Sequence record: OP557969.1
DNA: 64,000 nucleotides
Strand: one strand, 5' to 3'
This document shows, in pieces, positions 58,101-64,000 of this stretch. Below the pieces are notes generated by a model. That model was given only the letters and a program-made list of their open reading frames with translations. It ran no database searches and had not been told where the DNA came from. Within the stretch, counting starts at the first letter, position 1. Every line of letters begins with the position of its first letter. Both the position numbers and the translations under genes were made by a program.

Positions 58101-59165
58101 CTTCGCCTGTGCACGAACCCATAATGTTCCATTCCAATACATAGAATTATTGCCGTACTCATTTCCTTTTGTGACCAAAACTACGTCACCATTTTGTGGT
58201 TCACCACTTGGACGGGACTCAGTTTCTTCATTTGGATCTAGTGCTAAGCCATAAACGCGTGTACCATCTTGCATTTTTTTAACATACACTTTATAAATTC
58301 TATTGTTTTCACCATCATTACCAATACTGGTGAATAGAATACGCATACCATCTTGTGGAATAATACCATCAATGCGAATACCGCTATTGACATCTTTTTG
58401 AATAATATCTTCAGGTTTGATACTATCAGAAAAAAGTTCAACTGTTCCACGGAATTTTGTACCGTAGTTAATTAGCTCGATATTTTTATTATATTCGATA
58501 ATTGGTGCACGAGCACGAATAAAACGAGAATCTTGCATTAGCTCTTCAGTCAAGATAGAACCGTCTTCTAGTGTTTCACCTAAAGTATACCAAAAGTTTT
58601 GCAAAGACCATGTATTACCATTAAGTGCTCCACGTTCCATTACAATGTAATCAGGTGTAATGATATTATAAGAGTTTTTGGTATCCCAAAGATACGAACT
58701 AAAATTGTTCATTTTATTTGGGTTAATTGCAGGAGTCCATGCATAAAACTTACCGTTAAATAAACGACTTTCATTATCGGTTAGTGCTCCGTAATGACTC
58801 ATGTATCCAACAAGATCATCATAAAATTGAATTGAACGAATTGTTGAATCATCATTTTTAGAGACATAAGCAGTGGACAACTGATATAGTTGACGTGCAA
58901 CAGAACTTTCATGCAAGAAGATATTACCAGCGGCAGCCGGAGAACCCATGTCACCAATATAACCGTCAACCAATTCGTTTTCAGCCGGATTAAACCATTG
59001 TTGAATAACATCATCACTGACTTTTTGAATATCTTCTAAGCCTTGCATCCACTCAGGCAATCTTTTGATAAAAAGCTTTTTCTGTACTGCTTCAGCCATC
59101 TGTGTAGGTTGAAACTTAAAATTATTAGTCATTTTTTCTGGACTCCATATAATTCGTTCATTCAT
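49164..59165 (-). CDS. Giant (3333-aa) virion structural protein, probably baseplate wedge-associated
   Basis: Uninterrupted 10-kb ORF downstream of gp6; own TAAATA motif at 59172-59177; KPYRTKIR and WVFKTSYI-type motifs. Confidence 0.8.
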   Translation of the reverse strand: MNERIIWSPEKMTNNFKFQPTQMAEAVQKKLFIKRLPEWMQGLEDIQKVSDDVIQQWFNPAENELVDGYIGDMGSPAAAGNIFLHESSVARQLYQLSTAYVSKNDDSTIRSIQFYDDLVGYMSHYGALTDNESRLFNGKFYAWTPAINPNKMNNFSSYLWDTKNSYNIITPDYIVMERGALNGNTWSLQNFWYTLGETLEDGSILTEELMQDSRFIRARAPIIEYNKNIELINYGTKFRGTVELFSDSIKPEDIIQKDVNSGIRIDGIIPQDGMRILFTSIGNDGENNRIYKVYVKKMQDGTRVYGLALDPNEETESRPSGEPQNGDVVLVTKGNEYGNNSMYWNGTLWVRAQAKPSVNVFPQFQLYDRNGIKLDNSTTYPSSTFKGSPLFGFKINYNYAADSVYGYNIELGDYNYYTYENFLQSQRYTYDHLGVEVEIGGLYYYNIIDENNKMNLQTDWVRSKEFSKQFVKQTPQVKRTDMYRVFSSVYDMELFKEPVEGMYAYVIEVDKTYQYYKAERETYLDWHQISGDGIQVLKYDHTFELAQKVLDNDSDIIEVVVDGVNISKYTKNVLKGQVQSITIDNSVELDDDSVIQIRTYSSTVTPDKELGAYEVPINLQNNPYNSNIIYINQGDYTLHFQDIIQQNITSGYADDFNDYEERLAKGLVNNGVGTKIIQNEASMLPLMAHTANEDIDLFEATMFMQSEYFRFINKFNTQMLRMYNENPTNFLQNSAANIVDSILATINMGRDSSFPFYYDNVGSTSGLIRAFIPPTPQFLGILQAYVPEKATFLTAGSKPSYYNISHTGIISKAYRVINGVDKMDDVVYELENRIFNSIDNKFKDVDYVPVLNSDDLFPTPYFTKTEYSAEEKQTLLLRGYINFTASNGISNSTHDYDPNNWRTWNYTGTYYVVDGKSTEIPARGSWRAIYTDQYGTYRPATHPWEMFGFTQRPTWWNQEYEPTAVQVGERDGDVVYVYEALVTDEQGDLVPSGLWDVNDTIGDSSTGTILYGDRRGQYDKYKRFGVQPFKITKTGNKTSSGVDICVVEYIAPEVLGLVSGSLVHRAEPWAYGDMGDMEFTYMNTTLFAYDQMLLLYKAKPAQFANYYWDTRNDNLKEIITTGEQFLYGDTRNRVNFDKNTTVHGEDNTRTIGYQMFVSDYLMYQNKNITTKYGDVVRSSYVNVGHKIGGFTKADQLTFNAKSFGLISQENQTIGLVRSNNIRDEQMSAIKITWNGSAYQIDGYDLVGAKFKYKLPVKNGRKVTLKLENRNIVHYNEWKSEASIEYGTIFNSYQEVYTFICGYGEYLKEHGWIFEDVNQDGIQQDWHTIAKDFVIWSQSPLVTGEFISCTPSAANAKFGSDFGSVQSITQNNGGVWSLLDDNNQGIRQYEIETSRIGNIFTVRTTDSNKRIALIRLSLCSYEHAVIFDDKTIFGDYIYQPTYGSIQELIKMYGYITGSWTGRLQAPGFIILESGTIPSFETLVTDFQHYYDNEHPVSDVQLQELSSHLIGYQSRDYLQRMISSDVSRVDFYKGFIHDKGTNQVLERVLRVSKSYDTDEYKALQEWAFKVGTYGNIDGKKNLQFKLINDQFKQQPQMMSFDENATSNGNGNNIVFFGEQGKDPQWITRPNGKFSFPMRSGRSEHIQLPDIGPVTLDEVSYTTKDFSTAFNDRMLYINGKGENPESVWMFKDGNGLWNIFELIDTNVKMVSITPIETTDVYAEKFCKVTLSDDIPLEDGDYYYFVDETNFMPDTLTVESQYYTAGDDSKVMVVPFDTSINIEFTDPDTRPRLYRYVSRFVSTEERQAYIDKKYSFKAPQSTLFERPTTYDERTNITALYLNVYDPINGVIPGAAMQNVTYTSPIDPAQYNSNGELVQAWGAEKVGQVWWNTSTAFYLDYTRAIYDADGNVDIDATNEYKRYNWGRLLPHSTIDVLEWVCSPVEPYNWDKYCKDVAKKNKNNNMYLPSGTALEDNYSTFLEYDSSTDSYVTKYYFWVRDTIYVPPIHTRTKSCTDIARIIKDPSQLNIPWFAPINENSFILSNMQFEVNDDTSVLTISYYMDNTEVVKHDQYQLCKEGESYNFNPLIWDSMWNSLIGQETTKSGKVVDLLYPEVDTGLGSNKTWFQNIIEARRNFVESANNYYRSQNITTNSVVMEDVFNVKTTEVNPNEVSFRVLTYNNELVIAVEKDKFKENDAVILSSSGYLPTPLSTSAVYFIHFDENGYIQLMNSPANAGSVVTITLENKGEGQHKMIKQSDYVESLGTSLDMTQYWSYADWYDVGYDSKTAYIQEISLEEANAKNYQVGDIIRVTDSENIWTLYIKSQSRDSIYWKAIGRQRSTIELNDLFYVDYNVHNEDGSLSNREINIRKALALLKNSFDLHQSEIVFDMVKYVHVEQGVVDWVFKTSYIYIVGLEQSLVQNYSNDNLINQIVEYFEEVKPYRTKIRSQIEQKTSDDDLIKGLCNDLDPNGYIFVDGSWVKTEKDIWDYEYAQYNETTKKWEKVGSLPSDFIAPNRRFQEIDIIMHYDNIQCKPNKDLANINELISVNNKYQSNEKDSVNTYELQRYIYSYPVYNEQSFDLVNAYLLQTYYPELDVTLGTANGVNQWYKEHADDLEATDEFTATLERIYNESTHNEMFTDLRHYVQYNTLANRLKLYKDISDDKIHDEVGCGFSGLVYNDNPSTRLPLGFSSSNDYNYGYFEISKELYEKYISFITEKYPDASEHDIKVKLEVEYGVYVYRYDEIGGDTRFYSDAVHVLAAMRGLFDKDSADMYEKAEEILSKTPIDIYAITMMPRKHVYLNINGEYQSIPDDKSIDDFMEDYFITNGEMIKLAEINLDDLPQDQNNPMYSDYQYIIDSIAEAKFFNDMNAFDNLALESQTSAIKWEVKDDEVDPYIIDISEINPASRAVGHIRFTVDGYGFDTESLVQLRNNSRYKTEGMAIINPYKHTEAIVSIPSYAKIEHDINKTASPFEEKYFYRVRSINSLTEAEIVDSDLSDGDKVMIFTPDGEDFIRYQNRTWETILRVSNIKHNTTPILFTVRTTGKETIELVDSSGNVLRYDNITLGQLNQPVQHLALNIVRVRTFADPEFTKGDIKLYEQNRNYTIDVINYDVFYDTTLNGGKYNDGVTPDDVDVWVVSNEIFNDDGITIDNGYNLPITGEGVLSELVRTKMPDCLEINVIEYDAKDIKPTKNNEGVWVYEYPMVDSMYIDVADATITNITTISEENTTYVAQPLSVSHYNVRNNVLSGSAANKSDIISIGYEKVEVRNTNNLLRGVMYSAEHDFKHDTTYSFNGINLGGYDKFKRYTQNSYTIDLSVYTNSLRVRGNDIQKILIVK

Positions 59166-59183
59166 TTGATTTATTTATTAGAT

Positions 59184-59207
59184 AAAAAAGGCGTTCCGAA
59201 GAACGCC
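59184..59207 (-). terminator. Rho-independent terminator with UUCG loop
   Basis: Minus strand GGCGTTC-TTCG-GAACGCC-TTTTTT. Confidence 0.9.
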
Positions 59208-59214
59208 GATATTA

Positions 59215-62200
59215 TTAAGAACCGATATTAATATTACTTTTAGCTAATGAGTTAACTATTTGAACATTTTCAACCGATGCAGTACTCAAGAATATTTGGT
59301 CCGAGCGTGAAGGTATTTCAAACAAAGAACCAAATTTGGAATTCGGATTTTGTGCAACTATAACAATTGTACTAATATGTCTTCCTAGTTGGGAATGTAT
59401 ATAAGTACATAAATCGGTATAATAGAAACTTTCACCAAAATCCCAGTTATCAACATTAAAATATTCATTCGTTAATGCTATCACATTTTGACGAATTTCA
59501 TCATCACTCATCGTGCTATTTGGTAGCTTAACAACTTTAAAATCAGCTTTATAATCTTCCGCAGCACTGTTCCCAAATAATGGTAGATACTCTGCACTAT
59601 GCCAGATAATACTATCACTGATGACTATTTTTTGTTCGACATCTTTGAACATATTTTTCAATTCAACTGATGTTGGAGGCTTCGGCATACTTCCAACTGC
59701 ATTATTTTTTAACCACACATCAACTTCAGTTTTGTATGAGTTTGTTAGTACATACATATCAATTAGGTTTGTTCTACTAGGATCAATACGGTTATCATCA
59801 GGTGCATAATGTTTCCAATGGAAATCTATACTGGTACGAGCATTCGTCTTAACCGTATATTGCGATGTAACATCTTTATAACCATAATAATCCAACTTCT
59901 GATTCTCATCAGCATTAGTACCCATGTTATTAATTGAACGATAAAACGCAAGTTCAGGACTAATAGTTCCGGTATCATCGGAATATGTCAAATTACTGAT
60001 TAATTGCCCCAAACGATCATTGTTATTACCAACAGTTTGTTCAATAAAATAATATTTACCATCATATTTAAAACACACTAAGAATCCAGAGCCTTTACTA
60101 TACAATCCACTCAATGTGTTAGAACGAATTGCATTATTTCGTACAAATTCGGTTCTTTTATATGTATTAGGTTCAGCTAATGCTTGTTCCATCGTATAAG
60201 ACCATGACGTATCCAGTAGTGAGAATGTATCATTTGGTAATGACAGTACTGAAATTGTAAAATCATTATTTTCCTTGAATATCAATATACCACCGTATTT
60301 TAATGCATCAGAACCTGACCATTCTGGAACAATATCTTTAAATTGATTCGGTTCCAATGGTATACCATTACTATCTACTTTTCTAGAGGTGACAATAATA
60401 CGAGAACCATCCAGATATCCATTTTCTTGCTGTATTGTGTCATAAATTTGAAAATCTATATTACTTGTTAGACCTGAGTTACTTGTGCTTGTTGTGTTGG
60501 ATGATAAAATTTCAATTTTATCACTTTGAACTGTACCAGAACTAATATCAGTTATTTTTTTGGATGAAACGAAATAGAATTTGACTTTATTACCACCAAC
60601 AAATATATATTCAATACCATTTGCATCAAATTCCCAGGTTTCTGCTGTATATTTAACGTTTATTACAACTAAAACTTCGTGACCATTGTAAACAATAGTA
60701 TCATCATTTGTACTAATTTCTACTGGAACCCATGAAGTTGTTTCTTTATCATGAACAATAACAAAATCAGTTTTTTTATCAAGCATTGCAGAAATAGACT
60801 GAACCTCAACCGAATCAAATCTTGTTCTATATGGTAATATATAATCAATTGCTTGCATTTTACTAGAAACTGGCGTACTTAATACATAAAACCCATTATC
60901 TAAAACACTAATAACACTTGCCCATATAGTTGTTGTAGAGTTGGAGAACTTAATTAAAGTGCCAACCTGATACGAATTATATACTGTCCCAGATGATCCC
61001 ATGATTCTTCCATATGTATTGGTAGTATAATTCGAATTATAAACAGGTGTCCATGATTGTTGAAGTTCAATTCCAATAGTATTTGGTGGATATGCTTGAT
61101 AACGTTGTATCACAGCATTTTCACCAATTAGTGGTTGAATATTGTCAATTACGATACTGGCATTTGTTTTTGTAGTTGGTAGTAATAAAGATTTATTAAA
61201 TTTAGTATTTTCTTTATATAATGCACCATCATCACTAAAAACATCAGTATTTTGATATTTTCCAGTAGGGTCATTAATATCAATGAATCGAGACTGTCCA
61301 CTATAAATTCTATTAATAGCTTTTGACTTAAGTACAGTGTTACCTAAACTGAGTGGAGCAATATTATAATCTTCACCATTAACAAAACGGTTTTGTGTGT
61401 AATACATTTGTGGTGCTCGTGCTTTAATTTGCTCAATAGTCTCAGCACTTTGTGCACGATCTGATTCGTATTGTAATGAAAAGCGTACATCTAGTGTGCT
61501 TGATTCATAACTGGATTGTGTTTTAGTACGATACGTATATTTTACACTTTTATTTTGAATTTCTGACGTTTTGATGTTATATGTTTTACCATTACTAACA
61601 CGATACCACACACGGAATGTACCACGCGGAACAACACCACTTCTGGAATCTGGATATTTAATTGTTATTTGATCTTTATCACGAGTTGTAACTGCAAAAA
61701 TTGTTTTAAGCTGGCGATTGACCGTGTTGTATGCAATACTTTCCATGGATGGAACTTTTGTCCATTTGGTACGAACAATACCATCTTCATTGATTTCTTG
61801 TACCCAAACATCAGTTTCATTTATGTTATCAACGTTTACCTCTTGTATTCTATTTTCTTCACGAATATTATATTGGTAATCTTGATATGTCAATGTTCCT
61901 TGGATAAAATACACAAAAAAACCAGTATTTGGTGAACTGAATCCATTACCATCATTTTGGTACACAATATATTTTTGCTCTTGTGGTTCTGGATGTCTCT
62001 CTTCAACACCAACAGATGTAATGTCAGGGTTAACCACTTCAAATGTCATTGATTCACCATTAACAGTTGCAACAAATGGTATACTTGGAGCACTCATAGG
62101 AATAGTATTCATTCGATAAAGCTGACGTGACACCCCATTGACATCAATACGTTTAACTGGATTACCGAACTGATTAGTACTAACAAATGAACTATTCATA

Positions 62201-62676
62201 ACAAGAATAAAGTTTTCATACCAATTCGCATCCATTGGGTCGTTCCAACGAATAATTTTATCTTTTAATGATTCATTAAAACTATTACGAACATCTTGGT
62301 TTGTTTTAATTTCTGTTAATTTTGCTACTGCACGACCTGGATATGAGCGACGTGGTGTATACGAAATCATTTTGGCTAATTTTAGAACCGATGCACGGCG
62401 TGTAGCAGTATCTAAGAAGTTTTCACGCGTGTTCAAATCCATACGAAATGCCAAGTTCTGACCCAGCATTGAAATGGTATCAAGAATAAAAATAAACTGA
62501 TCGTTTTCAATCCAGTCATTAAATGAATCAGGATACGTTTGACGCAAATAATCAATCATACTCTGGCGAATAGTATCAAAGTCAAATGCCGTGAGATTGA
62601 TTTTATAAAAACTTTCATATACTTGTGTCCAATCTTCACCACTATATAAATTTGATTGCCTTTTTTGTTGTGACAT
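59215..62676 (-). CDS. gp6: Baseplate wedge protein (T4 gp6-like)
   Basis: DFDTIRQSMIDYLRQ...F.D......ILD.....GQNLAFR.DLN.RENFLDTA.RR.SVL.LAK.ISY.PRR; ETIEQIK.RAP..Y.TQNR.V..EDY. Confidence 0.9.
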   Translation of the reverse strand: MSQQKRQSNLYSGEDWTQVYESFYKINLTAFDFDTIRQSMIDYLRQTYPDSFNDWIENDQFIFILDTISMLGQNLAFRMDLNTRENFLDTATRRASVLKLAKMISYTPRRSYPGRAVAKLTEIKTNQDVRNSFNESLKDKIIRWNDPMDANWYENFILVMNSSFVSTNQFGNPVKRIDVNGVSRQLYRMNTIPMSAPSIPFVATVNGESMTFEVVNPDITSVGVEERHPEPQEQKYIVYQNDGNGFSSPNTGFFVYFIQGTLTYQDYQYNIREENRIQEVNVDNINETDVWVQEINEDGIVRTKWTKVPSMESIAYNTVNRQLKTIFAVTTRDKDQITIKYPDSRSGVVPRGTFRVWYRVSNGKTYNIKTSEIQNKSVKYTYRTKTQSSYESSTLDVRFSLQYESDRAQSAETIEQIKARAPQMYYTQNRFVNGEDYNIAPLSLGNTVLKSKAINRIYSGQSRFIDINDPTGKYQNTDVFSDDGALYKENTKFNKSLLLPTTKTNASIVIDNIQPLIGENAVIQRYQAYPPNTIGIELQQSWTPVYNSNYTTNTYGRIMGSSGTVYNSYQVGTLIKFSNSTTTIWASVISVLDNGFYVLSTPVSSKMQAIDYILPYRTRFDSVEVQSISAMLDKKTDFVIVHDKETTSWVPVEISTNDDTIVYNGHEVLVVINVKYTAETWEFDANGIEYIFVGGNKVKFYFVSSKKITDISSGTVQSDKIEILSSNTTSTSNSGLTSNIDFQIYDTIQQENGYLDGSRIIVTSRKVDSNGIPLEPNQFKDIVPEWSGSDALKYGGILIFKENNDFTISVLSLPNDTFSLLDTSWSYTMEQALAEPNTYKRTEFVRNNAIRSNTLSGLYSKGSGFLVCFKYDGKYYFIEQTVGNNNDRLGQLISNLTYSDDTGTISPELAFYRSINNMGTNADENQKLDYYGYKDVTSQYTVKTNARTSIDFHWKHYAPDDNRIDPSRTNLIDMYVLTNSYKTEVDVWLKNNAVGSMPKPPTSVELKNMFKDVEQKIVISDSIIWHSAEYLPLFGNSAAEDYKADFKVVKLPNSTMSDDEIRQNVIALTNEYFNVDNWDFGESFYYTDLCTYIHSQLGRHISTIVIVAQNPNSKFGSLFEIPSRSDQIFLSTASVENVQIVNSLAKSNINIGS

Positions 62677-62744
62677 AATTTATTCCTTTAAATCAGTAAA
62701 GTACTAGTTCAGTACTGGGAATTATATAGAAATATTTATTCAAA

Positions 62745-62772
62745 AAGAAAAGCACCCCGAAGAGTGCTTTTT
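62745..62772 (-). terminator. Rho-independent terminator with UUCG loop
   Basis: Minus strand AAAAGCACTC-TTCG-GGGTGCTTTT CTTTTT; late motif TAAATA follows at 62733-62738. Confidence 0.85.
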
Positions 62773-62778
62773 TAATAT

Positions 62779-63174
62779 CTACAAAGACGATACTGAATAT
62801 GTTGCCATTCTATTATTACTTCTTGCATCAAATACAATAGAAAGTTCCTCTACAGTATTCAATACTACATAATGCAATACTATGTTCATTTGATATCCAT
62901 ATTCTATCCTTGAAATTTGTATTTTTTTAAGATTCAAACGTGGATCTAAAGAAATAATCCTTCTGGCATCTGCTTCCAAAAGGTTCATAGTATTATAACC
63001 TTCCAATTCAAACAACAAATCCCATGCAATAAAACCATAGTCTGCATCAAATGCCCTTTCGCCTTTTTTTGTATTGAAATGGTTCATTAAATCCTGACGA
63101 ACCAGTTCAGTATCGTACAATGTTTCCGTTCTACCCACAACTGGTGTGGAGAAACCTTTAAAAACAACTGCCAT
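62779..63174 (-). CDS. gp25: Baseplate wedge subunit (T4 gp25-like)
   Basis: D.ELVRQDL.NHFNT.KGER.F...YG...WDLLFE. Confidence 0.85.
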   Translation of the reverse strand: MAVVFKGFSTPVVGRTETLYDTELVRQDLMNHFNTKKGERAFDADYGFIAWDLLFELEGYNTMNLLEADARRIISLDPRLNLKKIQISRIEYGYQMNIVLHYVVLNTVEELSIVFDARSNNRMATYSVSSL

Positions 63175-63187
63175 TGTCTATTTCCTT

Positions 63188-63676
63188 TTATACGGATTCG
63201 ACGATTCGTGCCATCTTTTCCGCTCTAGAAGTGGTTTGTTTATACCAGGTACTATCACGCAATTCTTTACCAGCAGTTTTATAATCAGCATTACCCAATG
63301 CGGTCATTGCTTTTTTAAATTTCAAAACTTTGGCTTTGCCCATTTGGAACACCATCATCCACAAAACACGCTGTACTTGTACTGGTGCAGTCATGCCAAA
63401 TTGCTCATAAATTGATTTTGCGTCATTGTACGCGGCCTGAGCATCTTTAATAAGAAGTTGTTCAGCTTGTTCTTCAGTTAAGCCATTTTTGAAGTTTTCA
63501 CCAGGAAGAACTAAATGACCATAACCAATAGTATCAAGTCCCAAGCTATCTTTATATACCCAAAACTTATCATTTTTAAAATAACCAAGTTTTTTCTGAT
63601 AAGCAATAGTTCCTTCAAATTCTTTGATTTCATTAAAAAATTGCTCATCTGTATTTTTAATTTCCCATTTACTCAT
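63188..63676 (-). CDS. T4-type lysozyme (GH24)
   Basis: EFEG...VYKDSLGLDTIGYGHL retains the E/D/T catalytic triad positions; MVFQMG; S.WY.QT..RA. Confidence 0.9.
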   Translation of the reverse strand: MSKWEIKNTDEQFFNEIKEFEGTIAYQKKLGYFKNDKFWVYKDSLGLDTIGYGHLVLPGENFKNGLTEEQAEQLLIKDAQAAYNDAKSIYEQFGMTAPVQVQRVLWMMVFQMGKAKVLKFKKAMTALGNADYKTAGKELRDSTWYKQTTSRAEKMARIVESV

Positions 63677-63692
63677 AAAGACATCCTTATAT

Positions 63693-63700
63693 TATTTATA
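63693..63700 (-). promoter_or_regulatory. Perfect T4 late promoter TATAAATA
   Basis: Minus strand TATAAATA 16 nt upstream of the lysozyme ATG at 63676. Confidence 0.7.
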
Positions 63701-63712
63701 GTACTAAAATAT

Positions 63713-64000
63713 TTATTGACATGCCTCTAAACGACGAGCCATTAATTCAGCACGGCGTGTTGTTTGACGATACCAAGCCGAATTTCGTATTTGAGCAGCA
63801 GCTTGTTTATAGTTTCCTTTGGCTAATTCAGACAACATGGTCTTAAATTTAAGGACACCCCCTTTACCCATCTGGAATACCATTTGACATAGAACTTGTT
63901 GTGCCATGTAAGGAGTTTTCATGTTATATGATGCATAAATTGCCTTAGCATCATAAATTGCTTTACTACTGTCTCTAACAAGCATATCATTGGCTTCTTG
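63713..64000 (-). CDS. Second T4-type lysozyme paralog, 5' end beyond window
   Basis: Open from 64000: QEANDMLVRDSSKAIYDAKAIY...VLCQMVFQMGKGGVLKFK...SAWYRQTTRRAE; clearly homologous to 63188-63676. Confidence 0.9.
   Translation of the reverse strand, partial: QEANDMLVRDSSKAIYDAKAIYASYNMKTPYMAQQVLCQMVFQMGKGGVLKFKTMLSELAKGNYKQAAAQIRNSAWYRQTTRRAELMARRLEACQ

Noticed and set aside
49461-59231. Short ORFs on both strands nested in the 3333-aa gene, and similar nested ORFs in other long genes
   Set aside because: Out-of-frame or antisense fragments of 60-120 aa with no recognisable motifs or translation signals.

Overview
This window is an AT-rich segment of a large T4-related myovirus. Its gene content and order resemble RaK2/GAP32/PBECO4-type enterobacterial jumbo phages (inference from protein motifs; no database search was run). 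Bases 1-6.5 kb are a plus-strand accessory block of small genes: the 3' end of a T4-type lysozyme, an HPF-like ribosome hibernation factor, a duplicated family of small hypothetical genes, a CCA-adding enzyme, a NUDIX hydrolase, a glutaredoxin, a macrodomain protein and a degenerate PTH2-like protein. Bases 6.5-21.6 kb hold the gp13-like neck gene, a free-standing Hef-like endonuclease, dNMP kinase, tail sheath, three tail-tube-fold paralogs, a gp4-like head completion gene and acidic putative internal head proteins. Bases 21.6-28 kb are a sigma70-driven block: MoxR AAA+ ATPase, VWA/metallopeptidase, a SLOG-like protein and a thymidylate synthase carrying an in-frame HNH-type endonuclease domain. 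Bases 28-64 kb are mostly minus-strand virion genes (fibres, a WcaM-like colanic-acid tailspike, a collagen-like protein, gp15/gp14-like, a 3333-aa protein, gp6, gp25, two tandem lysozymes), interrupted by a plus-strand clpA-like gene and a three-gene plus-strand block. Many intrinsic terminators, TAAATA late-promoter motifs and TGnTATAAT early promoters are visible. The most unusual observations are (1) three genes each broken by an apparent +1 frameshift at or next to an in-frame CGG codon, a codon I found in none of the intact genes, (2) the ThyA::HNH in-frame fusion, and (3) a structured 300-bp regulatory region upstream of the MoxR/VWA pair. No tRNA, rRNA or CRISPR array was recognised.
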